DNA of 64,000 bases from an uncultured archaeon (GTDB lineage: Archaea > Asgardarchaeota > Hermodarchaeia > Hermodarchaeales > Hermodarchaeaceae), in the NCBI GenBank assembly GCA_964347045.1, contig CAYFXC010000004.1:1-64000 (forward strand), in the 5' to 3' direction. This document shows, one piece after another, positions 27,431-37,381 of the stretch (position 1 is the first letter of the stretch; each line of letters begins with the position of its first letter). The notes below the pieces were generated by a model that was not told the origin of the DNA, made no database searches, and saw nothing but the letters and a program-made list of their open reading frames with translations. The translations under genes and the position numbers were made by a program.

Positions 27431-27958
27431 ATCAAGCGAGCAGGCGTGAATTCAACCATTTTTAAGCGCTTTGGGAGCTAGAAAATCAAATAGTTATCAA
27501 AGAGATTAGCTGAAAGTGCTTTGAAGAGTCAAAAAACAGTTATTTCCAACATCAATAATGGGATGCGAAAAGATAACAAGAATGGATAACGAAGAATAAT
27601 TTTCTTCGATAGTATTTTTACTATTCTCAAAGAGGAATTAGATAATTTTCACGAATCTGCACTAATTACAGGATATATCCTCTTTAAAGACGAAGAAGCT
27701 GGTTTAGCAGCTCTGTAGAATAGTTTCACAGTCTGGAAATGCAAATTAGTAATCGACGTATCCCACATAACGCTTTTAAACTAAACAAAATTGTCGCAAG
27801 AGAGGACACAACCTACTCCAAATCGAATAAATGAAGGTGTAGAACAACATGGAACCACGATCCGATGGCCCAGTTTTCCCGTGTTAAGTTCAATAATCTA
27901 GAAGAGTCTTGGGATGTACAGTGGAAGCAACCCTGTCATCCCGATTTCTTCTTTTTCA

Positions 27959-28867
27959 TTACCCTTTCAGCTCCTGCAAGATGTAGGAGACAATTTCCTC
28001 AGCTGCATCGACGCCTGTTGCCTTTTGCAATCCACTCCAATTAGGAGCCGAGTTTACTTCACTGACCACCATTTGATCACCCACCTCGAGAATATCAATT
28101 CCTGCGAAATCCATTTCCAACGCTTTTGCAGCATTTAAAGCAAGCTTCTCTAACTCTATAGATATCTCACACTTCGTAGGTTTTGCCCCTCGAGATACAT
28201 TGGTTTTCCATTCACCGGGTTTGGCATATCGATACATTGCTCCAATCACTCGCGAACCAACAACGAAGGCGCGGATATCTCTACCTGGCGTTTCGATGAA
28301 CTCTTGAATTAACATTGTTTGATTCGCTGTTTGAAGAATCTTGAAAATTCTAAAGGCTAAATCTGGATCTTGTAAGCGGAATATCCCTTGACCTTGTGAG
28401 CCACGTAATGGCTTGGATACGATGTCTCCATATCGTTTCGTCGCAGCTACTGCAACCGCAAGACGTTCTGAGACCGTCGTTCGTGGAATCGGGATGCCGT
28501 GATGAGCTAACCAAACCAATGTTGCAAGTTTATCTTTTGCCCGTCGATGGCTATAAGCGCGATTGAATACTCGGATATCGGAAAACTCCAAAGCCTCAAG
28601 CACGGATATCCGACTGGTAATCTGATCTGTTGACCCTCCACCGATACTACGGAGTATAATCCCATTGACATCTAAAGAGCGCCGTCGAGGTAGCAAAAAT
28701 TGCATTTCCTTAGAATCCATATGTACTGAGAGGTCCTTAAGGCAAAACGTAATACTCTCACAAGAGTGGGCATCTAATGCACGTAATAACCGACGAACAG
28801 GCCAATTTGGTCGATCTCGACTCATAGCGATTCCAATTCGCAAATTTGGCACACTCCTAAAATCCAT
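27959..28867 (-). CDS. RimK-family ATP-grasp alpha-L-glutamate ligase (MptN/CofF-like)
   Basis: DKL…IPIPRT, KPLRGSQGQG, IQEFI, DIRAFVVG, WKTNVSRG, EVNSAP. Confidence 0.9.
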   Translation of the reverse strand: MDFRSVPNLRIGIAMSRDRPNWPVRRLLRALDAHSCESITFCLKDLSVHMDSKEMQFLLPRRRSLDVNGIILRSIGGGSTDQITSRISVLEALEFSDIRVFNRAYSHRRAKDKLATLVWLAHHGIPIPRTTVSERLAVAVAATKRYGDIVSKPLRGSQGQGIFRLQDPDLAFRIFKILQTANQTMLIQEFIETPGRDIRAFVVGSRVIGAMYRYAKPGEWKTNVSRGAKPTKCEISIELEKLALNAAKALEMDFAGIDILEVGDQMVVSEVNSAPNWSGLQKATGVDAAEEIVSYILQELKG

Positions 28868-28928
28868 GAATTACTGGAGTATGCGTTTCACCCCATTCCA
28901 TAAAAAGAGCACTAGGACTCCATGAGCT

Positions 28929-29996
28929 TTAAACAGGGCGAGTGCTCCGAATGTAATGCTCAAAAATGGTTTCACTTACAGAAAGTGGGTAGGGGCGTGG
29001 TGGCGCTTTAAATCCATATGAGCATACAGCATCTATTGGACCACAAAACCCGCGATCAACGCCAATCTGCACACCGCGAATGACATCAAGGAGTATTGAA
29101 GTACTATTGGGGGCATCCTGACTGACCAAGCGAAGATCAATTTTGAAGTCAGCATCGCCAATATATTTTCCGCGAAGGTAGAAGTAACTTTCACGGCGAT
29201 TGCCCAAGAAGTAGACGTAATCTGTTGAGCCCGCAGTGACAGGAACTTCATAAGGAATTTCGGTAGAAACAATTTTAGATTTCATTGACCTTTTCTGATC
29301 ACGGGCACGGTATAGCGATTCAAGAGATTCTGTCCCCCCTCCAACATCGAGTTGATAGCTTTCTTGAATTCGTACACCTCGTTTCACCAAAAAATCGAGG
29401 AGCGCGCGATGTAACGCCGTGGCACCTAATTGGCTCATAAGGTCATCACCGACAACTGGAATCTTGGCATCACTAAACCGTTGCGCCCATTTTCGGTCAC
29501 TAGCTAATAACACTGGAGAAGTGTTGACAAAGGCACACCCGGCTTTTAATGCAGCTTCGGCGTAATGATATGTGGCCTCGCTAGCGCCGCTGGGTAAGAG
29601 GCCAACTAAAACATTTACTTTGTTTTTACTGAGGGTAGCAGATACATCTATGGGCTTTGCTTTACTTTCTTTCACAAGTTCGCGAAGCTCAGATGTTATT
29701 CCATCTAAAGAAGGCCCACGTTGAACAATAACATTCATAGATGGAACATCTGCAAATTGAGGGGCATTGTTTGGTTGGGCAAAAATGGCCTTACTGAGGT
29801 CTTTTCCGATTTTTCTTTGATCGATATCAAAAGCAGTTACAATTTTGATATCACTTACAGCATAGTTTCCCAGCATGGGATGTGCTAATCCGGCACTTTC
29901 TTTGGCTTTCTGGGGATTTCCGTAGTGGTGAATGGCTTGAACAAGGCTACTAGCACAATTACCGACCCCTGCGAGAGCGATCTTGATTTTTCCCAT
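28929..29996 (-). CDS. ino1: myo-inositol-1-phosphate synthase (archaeal/bacterial type)
   Basis: GVGNCASSLVQ, VGDDLMSQLGAT, YQLDVGG, DAPNS, YGFKAPP. Confidence 0.9.
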   Translation of the reverse strand: MGKIKIALAGVGNCASSLVQAIHHYGNPQKAKESAGLAHPMLGNYAVSDIKIVTAFDIDQRKIGKDLSKAIFAQPNNAPQFADVPSMNVIVQRGPSLDGITSELRELVKESKAKPIDVSATLSKNKVNVLVGLLPSGASEATYHYAEAALKAGCAFVNTSPVLLASDRKWAQRFSDAKIPVVGDDLMSQLGATALHRALLDFLVKRGVRIQESYQLDVGGGTESLESLYRARDQKRSMKSKIVSTEIPYEVPVTAGSTDYVYFLGNRRESYFYLRGKYIGDADFKIDLRLVSQDAPNSTSILLDVIRGVQIGVDRGFCGPIDAVCSYGFKAPPRPYPLSVSETIFEHYIRSTRPV

Positions 29997-30124
29997 CGTA
30001 GATGACCTCGTAATTATTTTACAGTCATGAAGTATAAAGGGTTAATGGGCGTTCTACTCTAAATGAATTTAAGCGTTTCTCTTCTCAATCAATATGAGCA
30101 TTAACGAAGCTGGAGCGTGGAGCC

Positions 30125-30553
30125 TTGTTCGAACAAATCGTACCTTGTGTGGGTGCAGTTATCCTCGATGAACAAAATCGAGTTCTTCTCGTAAAACACG
30201 TGCAAGAGAAAGGTGGCTTTTGGAAAGACAAATACATTTGTCCCGGAGGACGACTTGAATTTGGCGAATCCTTGGAAGCAGGTATACGTCGGGAAATTCT
30301 TGAAGAAACCGGATTAGAGATTGAAATATTACGTTGGGTACGACCCATGGAACGAATGATCCGAAACGCCGATAACACCCTACAAGAGCATATTCTGTAT
30401 CTGGACGTTATTGCTAGAGTTAAACATGGAAAATTTAAACCTGCATCAGATGTGGGAGAGGGGGGGTGGTTTTCAAAAGACGACCTTTTAACAATACAGA
30501 AAGAAATACACGAAGACACTCAAGAACTCTTGAAAGAGGTAGAATTACTTTAG
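30125..30553 (+). CDS. NUDIX hydrolase
   Basis: Nudix box GGRLEFGESLEAGIRREILEETG. Confidence 0.9.
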   Translation: MFEQIVPCVGAVILDEQNRVLLVKHVQEKGGFWKDKYICPGGRLEFGESLEAGIRREILEETGLEIEILRWVRPMERMIRNADNTLQEHILYLDVIARVKHGKFKPASDVGEGGWFSKDDLLTIQKEIHEDTQELLKEVELL

Positions 30554-31093
30554 ATACTTTTTGAAATGTTCTTTGAGTTCAGAAGGATGTTTTAAAATTG
30601 TCATTCCTTTCATCGCACGAAGCCTTTCAACATTCTCTAAATCTACTTCTCGGGTCGTTAATTCCATTTTCTCTCCACTTGGTAAAATAGTAGTTACTGT
30701 CCCCCGTTTTTGATCTACGGGGTATATGTATATTGGGACTGCGGTTTTCATGGCTTGAGCCACCGCGTTGGTTACAAGCGTATCGGCAATACCATAAGCA
30801 ATTTTTGCCACAGTATTGGCAGTTGCAGGCATAACAAGGAGAAATTGATAGGTGCCTTTTTGGAGTGCCCCTGCAATGAATGGGGTGTTGGCGTCAATTT
30901 CTGTTCGGACCTTTGGAGAAATGGCTTCCAATTCTTTCCACAATTTATACCATTTGATAACTTGCAGACCCCCCTTTGATAAAAACACCAGAACTTTCGC
31001 ATCATGTTCAGCCAAGATTTCTTTTAGGACCTGAACAGATTCCCGTAAGTAGTCCCCTGCACCTGTAATTGCCCATGCAAATTTCACAGACAT
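30545..31093 (-). CDS. afpA: Archaeoflavoprotein AfpA
   Basis: AWAITGAG, PATANTVAKIAYGIADTLVTN, PVDQ. Confidence 0.85.
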   Translation of the reverse strand: MSVKFAWAITGAGDYLRESVQVLKEILAEHDAKVLVFLSKGGLQVIKWYKLWKELEAISPKVRTEIDANTPFIAGALQKGTYQFLLVMPATANTVAKIAYGIADTLVTNAVAQAMKTAVPIYIYPVDQKRGTVTTILPSGEKMELTTREVDLENVERLRAMKGMTILKHPSELKEHFKKYLK

Positions 31094-31224
31094 CGATAAT
31101 CACTCCGTAATTAGAGATATGCTAGTGCTTACTGCCTTTTTGGGTTATTTCTTTCGCTAAGATTGAATTTAGCTTCCTTTTTGATAATCGAAAACTTAGA
31201 TAAAATGGGAACCTATCCATAGCA

Positions 31225-31845
31225 TTGGTGACCTTGATGAGCGCCAAACAATTCCGAGTTCTTGGAATATCAGGTAGCCCACGGAAAGCCGCCACCGAAT
31301 ACGTAGTCCAAGAAGCTCTCAAATATCTAAAAGAAAAATATCAGATTGAAACTAAGTATTTCTCGGTCGCGGAAAAAAAACTAAACTTTTGCATTCATTG
31401 TGATCACTGCATCCAGACAAAACAAGGATGCACTTTCAAAGACGATATGGTTGAGGTATATGAACTGATGGAATGGGCGGATGGCTTTATCCTTGGAAGT
31501 CCTGTTTACCAAGGAAACATCAGTGGTCAACTAAAGACCCTTTTAGATCGCACACGAGCCATAGTAGCACGCAACCCTGACATCTTTGATGGTAAAATAG
31601 GAACAGGCATAGCTGTTGGTGGGGATCGTGTTGGGGGTCAAGAACCCACTTTACGTTCGATTCACGATTTCTATATCATAAACCATATTTTTTCTACTGG
31701 TGGAGGTGCATTTGGTGCAAACCTCGGCGCCACAATTTGGTCAAAGGACAAACGTGCCGAGGGCGCGAAAGCCGATAAACGTGGCCTGAAAACCCTTTAC
31801 AAAACAATGGACCGGCTATATATTGTGTTGCAAAAACTACGATAA
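31225..31845 (+). CDS. Iron-sulfur flavoprotein (Isf)/flavodoxin-fold FMN reductase
   Basis: GSPRK, CIHCDHC-x5-C, GSPVY, GGQE. Confidence 0.9.
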   Translation: MVTLMSAKQFRVLGISGSPRKAATEYVVQEALKYLKEKYQIETKYFSVAEKKLNFCIHCDHCIQTKQGCTFKDDMVEVYELMEWADGFILGSPVYQGNISGQLKTLLDRTRAIVARNPDIFDGKIGTGIAVGGDRVGGQEPTLRSIHDFYIINHIFSTGGGAFGANLGATIWSKDKRAEGAKADKRGLKTLYKTMDRLYIVLQKLR

Positions 31846-31908
31846 TAATCCTCTTTCGCCATTCAATTACACCAGCTGATTTACTAAAAAACCAGTACCA
31901 TTATGGAA

Positions 31909-33627
31909 TTAATCTATCAGAAGAAGGCGAGCCAGTAGTTTTCCCAACAGGTAGTTCGATGAAATTCCTATCCACAAACCAGCTAGTCCAGCAAGATGAG
32001 CAATTTGAACAGGATACCCAATGAAGAAGACAAGATACCAAAAGACACCAAATATTCCAATAGGGATGAATGCGATAAAAGCGCTCAATAATCCTACAAT
32101 CAACATTTGCGTAATATGCTGGCTAAGCTCGAAGCCAATTAGTCGTCCACCACCAATAATTCGTGTGAAGAGAACGAGGGAGATATATGCGGAAACATAG
32201 ACTGCTGGCATCATCGAGATGGCAAGAAGGAAAGATACAAGATTAGTGAAAGGTTTGAAAAAGGAAACCGCTATCACAAAAATCGGAATCGAAATCGCCA
32301 TTAAAGTGATAAGTTGAGCCTTAGCACGAAGAATTCGTTCTGTTGGAAGCGGAAGAGTCATTGTGTACGCCATCCCCCGTGCTTCAACGCCTAAGAAGAA
32401 AATTGAGAAGAAGCCTAACATAATGGTGGGAATCACAATGAAGACGATGATATCGGAAACATGCACAATACTAATTTCCCATATAAACTGGAAAAAAATC
32501 GGAAGCATCATCAAGATCGGAAGAAAGAACATCATTGCTTGACCAGGGGTTCTGGTAGCGATACGTATATCCTTTTGTAGTAGAGCCCATCCGACTCGAC
32601 TAACCTTGACATTTACAGGATGAATGGCATTCGATGTGGATATTGTAACACCACTAGTCCCAATTCGTTGTAAAAAATTCCTAGACCAACGGAGCCCTAA
32701 TAACGCGAGACCTCCATAAAAAACCACCACGATAAAGACTAGCCAAAAGGGGGGAGTACCAGAAATTCCGGTGGCAAGAACAACAAATGTTCCCATAGAG
32801 AATGGATAGCCAAAATACAGCAGATGCCAAAATGGCGATAATTGAATTGCAAAACCTTCTATAAGTGGGATAATGATATTGAGAAGTTGTAAGGAGAGTG
32901 AAAAGCCCATGATAGCAACTGCCCAAAGAACGATGAATAGTACTCGAATGATAGATCCTAGTCGAGAACCACCAGTCGATTGGATACGTGTATAGAAATA
33001 GAGGGCTAAAAGTAACATAATCGTAATTGCGAGTCCAACGCTGATGAGAAAGACAGCAAGACAGGCTAGAAACGCGGTAATCGCAAGCGTAGATATTCCA
33101 GAAATCAAGAAAATTACGATACCATATGCCAGGGGAAATCCAAAGATGATGGATATCATCTGGGAGTCAAACAATCGGACATAAGCAAGTAAGGCTAGTT
33201 TTCCGGTATCAGCACGTGAGACCGGCAGATAATGACCAATGCTGGCAGCATTTGATGAAATGAATGAAGTTGAAACCATAATTCCCCAAAATACGAGAAA
33301 AGCAAATCCAACAATACAGAAAACTGAGACCGTAAATGCGACGGTAATCCACTGATATTCTTCCGGTGTTCCATAAATGCCACTGAGAGTGCCCCAAATG
33401 ACGATGCCGAATACCATCGCAAGCATTCCAATAAAGAAACTTATTGTGATCTTGTTGAATCGGGCATTACTACGGGCTTTGTTGATTTGTTTTTCGACAC
33501 TTTGCGTCATAGCTCCTGAACTCATGGACATTGAAGATCGGAACTGCACTTCAAAGGCAATCTTTCCTGCGATCCTCCAAGCCTCGCGCCAACCGATTTT
33601 GTGTTGTGTTTCCGTGACTTCGAACAA
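31909..33627 (-). CDS. ABC-2-type exporter permease (double membrane domain)
   Basis: About 14 TM, KDIRIATR, E.RG..Y..TLP; adjacent ABC ATPase. Confidence 0.8.
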   Translation of the reverse strand: MFEVTETQHKIGWREAWRIAGKIAFEVQFRSSMSMSSGAMTQSVEKQINKARSNARFNKITISFFIGMLAMVFGIVIWGTLSGIYGTPEEYQWITVAFTVSVFCIVGFAFLVFWGIMVSTSFISSNAASIGHYLPVSRADTGKLALLAYVRLFDSQMISIIFGFPLAYGIVIFLISGISTLAITAFLACLAVFLISVGLAITIMLLLALYFYTRIQSTGGSRLGSIIRVLFIVLWAVAIMGFSLSLQLLNIIIPLIEGFAIQLSPFWHLLYFGYPFSMGTFVVLATGISGTPPFWLVFIVVVFYGGLALLGLRWSRNFLQRIGTSGVTISTSNAIHPVNVKVSRVGWALLQKDIRIATRTPGQAMMFFLPILMMLPIFFQFIWEISIVHVSDIIVFIVIPTIMLGFFSIFFLGVEARGMAYTMTLPLPTERILRAKAQLITLMAISIPIFVIAVSFFKPFTNLVSFLLAISMMPAVYVSAYISLVLFTRIIGGGRLIGFELSQHITQMLIVGLLSAFIAFIPIGIFGVFWYLVFFIGYPVQIAHLAGLAGLWIGISSNYLLGKLLARLLLID

Positions 33628-33649
33628 AATTAATGGACCACCCAGAATA

Positions 33650-34495
33650 TCACCGATTGCTATTTTTTGAAAGAGCCTTGCGAAGTGCTTGAACAGTTTC
33701 TGCTACTTCAGCATCTTGTTGGACGGCGCGTAGAAAAATTTCTTCAAGTGAACCGTGAGCTTTTACCATTTCTCGAAGCTCATCAACGGTACCTTCAGCA
33801 ACCATTTTACCGTCATCAATGATTCCGATTCGGTTACAAAGACTTTCAGCTACCTCGAGAATATGACTACTGAATAGAATCCCACCACCATTTTCTAGGT
33901 GGATGTTTAAAATGTCTTTGAGAACACGAACGGTACGTGCGTCCAATCCACTAAACGGTTCATCAAGAACCAGAAGAGGAGGATCATGAATTAATGCGGC
34001 AATTATACTGGCTTTTTGTCGGTTTCCATGGCTCAAAGCAGCAATAGGTTTGTCAAAATATTCTTGAAACTCAAAGGCATCAATTAATGATCTAACTCTT
34101 GTTTTCACTTGCCATTGATCGAGCTGACGAACCGAAGCAATGAAATTAAAAAATTCTCGAGGAGTAAGCGATTCATAGAGGATGTGGTCTTCGGGAACAA
34201 GGCCAATCCGGTTTTTGACCTCAATAGGTTGATTCATTGGATCAAAACCAAAGACTTCGACTTGACCGAGTGTGGGGGGAAGTAAGCCACTGACCATTTT
34301 GACCGTTGTCGTTTTTCCGGCACCATTAGGTCCAAGGAGTCCATAGATTTCACCAGCACGGACTTCAAAAGAGAGATGGTCTACAGCCACGGTCTTTCCA
34401 AAATTTCGTACAAGATCGTTTGCGACAATGGGTTTACCATTACCCTTCAAAGGTTCAAACATTGATTTTCTCCTATGATTCTCAAAATACTCCAA
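33650..34495 (-). CDS. ABC transporter ATP-binding protein
   Basis: GPNGAGKTT, LSHGN, LDEP, SSH; likely start 34462. Confidence 0.95.
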   Translation of the reverse strand: MEYFENHRRKSMFEPLKGNGKPIVANDLVRNFGKTVAVDHLSFEVRAGEIYGLLGPNGAGKTTTVKMVSGLLPPTLGQVEVFGFDPMNQPIEVKNRIGLVPEDHILYESLTPREFFNFIASVRQLDQWQVKTRVRSLIDAFEFQEYFDKPIAALSHGNRQKASIIAALIHDPPLLVLDEPFSGLDARTVRVLKDILNIHLENGGGILFSSHILEVAESLCNRIGIIDDGKMVAEGTVDELREMVKAHGSLEEIFLRAVQQDAEVAETVQALRKALSKNSNR

Positions 34496-34531
34496 GGCTA
34501 AAAAATTTCTGAACCCAGTAATATCTTGCCA

Positions 34532-35749
34532 TTATTTGTCCTTTTGGCGTAGATGGATGATGGGAACCAAAATTGCAGCAATAACTCCAAGTAATGCCAT
34601 TAATAAGAACCCTGCAACCCAGGTACCAAAGAAGAAATAGCTGATTGTAACGAGGGGAATGCCAAAGGCGCCAAGGCCAAAGCGGGTAAAGAAACTCCAA
34701 CCAAAAATCTGTCCTCGACTTTCTGGGCTTGACAAATTCGCAATCATCGTATTCGTTGCGGCTTGAGCCGCAAAGAAGGAAAACCCAAATAAAAGTACAG
34801 CAGTAACGAGCAGAGCATCACCCCATATAGTTGGCAAATAGGGAACAGCCAAAAGCCCAAGTGAACCGCTCGTCAACAGAGTCATTCCTATTAGGATTTT
34901 TCGCCACCCAAGACGATCGGTAAGTCGACCTCCAATCTCTTGACCAAAGATCCCACCAACATATACCAATGTTCCAATAAACCCTGCAATGACAAGTAAA
35001 GCTCCAAGTTCCAACGTGATATAAACTGGAAGTGCTGTTACGGTGCCACGATAAAGCATCCCTCTTGAAGCGAGAATTGCTGAGATAATCAGCATAGCCA
35101 GAGGAGTCACGAGACTAAAGAAGCCCTTACTTTTCTTTGTCTCTGGATCAGGAACAACTTCTAGATGAGTTGGCTGAACTTGAACACGGAGCGTCACAAA
35201 GGCGATTAGTAGTCCGATCACGGCCAGAAAGAGAAATATTACTGGCCAAAAAAGGGTACTCAAGATAAATGCGGAGATGAGCGGAGCCATAAGTTGACCC
35301 ACACTTCCTCCAATACCATGCCGCCCTAACGCTTTTCCGCGGTTATTTTCAAAAGTATTTGAAACCCATGTCGTGCCAGCGGGATGATACAATCCCGCAC
35401 CAAATGCATAAGTCATGAAGAGAACTGTGATGGCACCAACACCCAGAGGCCAGAAAAAGAAAAGTGCAACTCCGGAACATACAGAGAGCATTAGGCCCAT
35501 TGCTATTACCTTTCGAGGACCAATCCGATCACAAAGAACACCAGCAGGAATGGCACCAAAGCCAAAAACAAAGTACGCAGGAGTATTAAGAAGCAAAACA
35601 ACCAGCCATTCCAATCCAAGAGGAATTGGGGTAACGAGGAGTAGTTTTGTTGTGATATATGGGAGCGCGAGCATCAACAGATGAACCAACCCATGTGACG
35701 CCCCAGTAATTAACAAGGTTGTATTCTTTTGGTTCACCATCTGATGCAC
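34532..35749 (-). CDS. MFS transporter
   Basis: GVLCDRIGPRK and GRLTDRLGWRK motif A; 12 TM. Confidence 0.9.
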   Translation of the reverse strand: MHQMVNQKNTTLLITGASHGLVHLLMLALPYITTKLLLVTPIPLGLEWLVVLLLNTPAYFVFGFGAIPAGVLCDRIGPRKVIAMGLMLSVCSGVALFFFWPLGVGAITVLFMTYAFGAGLYHPAGTTWVSNTFENNRGKALGRHGIGGSVGQLMAPLISAFILSTLFWPVIFLFLAVIGLLIAFVTLRVQVQPTHLEVVPDPETKKSKGFFSLVTPLAMLIISAILASRGMLYRGTVTALPVYITLELGALLVIAGFIGTLVYVGGIFGQEIGGRLTDRLGWRKILIGMTLLTSGSLGLLAVPYLPTIWGDALLVTAVLLFGFSFFAAQAATNTMIANLSSPESRGQIFGWSFFTRFGLGAFGIPLVTISYFFFGTWVAGFLLMALLGVIAAILVPIIHLRQKDK

Positions 35750-35912
35750 CCTATGCTCATAGGTACTAGGAACGGGCTATTGAACCTGCCCTTTAAGTTT
35801 CTTTCACTTAACCAAGAACTCTTTTGGATGATTTCAGAGATTCTTTTGCTGACTAACAGAAAAACATTAAATAAAGAGGTGATTGGTTAGCCGCAAAGTT
35901 TGAGGGTGTATC

Positions 35913-37289
35913 ATGGAAACGACGAGAGAACCACCCGTTGCTAGAGCCTGGACTGGGCGAGACCGGTTATCCTATGGAATTCTATTCATTCTAGGTATTG
36001 TTGTAGCGGCAGCCAGTGCAATTCTTCCCCCCATGACAGGAGTTCTCGTAATCGCCTTGGGGGTTTCTTCAGATGCCTGGATCGCTCTTATCGTTACGAT
36101 TTTTCTTCTTATCTCAGGCTTTGCAGCATTACCTTGGGCATACATGGCTGACCGATCAACTCGTCGGAATCTGTTAATAATCAGCACGTTCTTCTGGATA
36201 TTTTGGTTTATCCCAGTTCTTTTCCCTTTTATCACCTACTGGCAACTTTTACTTTTTTACAGTCTTGCAGCCATTGGTGTTGGTGCGGCCGGACCTCTAT
36301 CACTCTCAATGACCATCGATTGTGTTCCGGCTCATTACCGTTCCACTACTATTGGAATTCTAGGGACAGCAGCAGGAGCAGGATATGGGCTTGGTTTCAT
36401 CATTGCGGGTTTATTAGTTGAAACTTTTGGCTGGCAAATGCCTTTCCTCGTTATTACAATCATTGGATTTGGTGCAGGTATACTCCTCTTTATTACACGA
36501 GAGCCCCCTCGGGGTCAACATGAAGAATGCTTAGTCGATCTACAAGAACCAGGGGTAGTTTATACATACACATTGAATCGAAAGGATCTAACTCGAATGT
36601 GGCGTAAAGGATCGAATGTATGGCTAATTGTCGTCGGAATCATCGCCATTATTCCTACTGCCGCGTTTGGCGCGTGGGCTGTTCGCTGGCTCAATGTAGA
36701 TCACAATCTTAGCATTTTTGTAGCCACATTATTCATGACCATCGCCCTCGCGAGCCAAATTATCGGTACTGCTCTCTTCGGCAGATTAGGTGATCGATTT
36801 TACAGAAAAGATCGCCGTGGACGAGCTTACCTCATCCTCCTCTGTTGCCTTGCAGCAGGACCTATCCTAATTCTTGCTAGCCTCTATCCTTTCACCGTTG
36901 CCCCCACAGCAACCATTTGGGACCTTTTTCTTAATCCAGCGACCTTCATCTTTTTCCTTCTCATCTTTGTGGGAACCCTTTTTGATGCTGGCATTACCCC
37001 GCTAATCTATGTCAGTGCTGGAGATGTTAATCCCCCGGAAATCCGTAGCACCGCACTTTCCATAAACATGCTAGCGCATGTAATTGGAGTTGCTTTGGGC
37101 ACTCAATTAGTCCCAACCATAGCGGTCATATTCTTTGCTGGCTTTTATTCCCCAGCATTTGCAATTATTTGCTTGTTCTTTTTCATTGGAGCTACAGTGA
37201 CGATTCCTATTATCCAAAACATTCGAAAGGACATCGAAATAACTGAAGAAGAAACACGTCAGCGCTTTGAAAACCAATCTACGAAATAA
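35913..37289 (+). CDS. MFS transporter
   Basis: AYMADRSTRR, GRLGDR; 12 TM. Confidence 0.9.
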   Translation: METTREPPVARAWTGRDRLSYGILFILGIVVAAASAILPPMTGVLVIALGVSSDAWIALIVTIFLLISGFAALPWAYMADRSTRRNLLIISTFFWIFWFIPVLFPFITYWQLLLFYSLAAIGVGAAGPLSLSMTIDCVPAHYRSTTIGILGTAAGAGYGLGFIIAGLLVETFGWQMPFLVITIIGFGAGILLFITREPPRGQHEECLVDLQEPGVVYTYTLNRKDLTRMWRKGSNVWLIVVGIIAIIPTAAFGAWAVRWLNVDHNLSIFVATLFMTIALASQIIGTALFGRLGDRFYRKDRRGRAYLILLCCLAAGPILILASLYPFTVAPTATIWDLFLNPATFIFFLLIFVGTLFDAGITPLIYVSAGDVNPPEIRSTALSINMLAHVIGVALGTQLVPTIAVIFFAGFYSPAFAIICLFFFIGATVTIPIIQNIRKDIEITEEETRQRFENQSTK

Positions 37290-37381
37290 GGGTCGATGGA
37301 AACCTAACCAGGTTTTTAAGTCACTATGATGCCCTAGACAAGCGCCGATCTCTAAGCTTATTACCCATCGGGTGATTTGAA

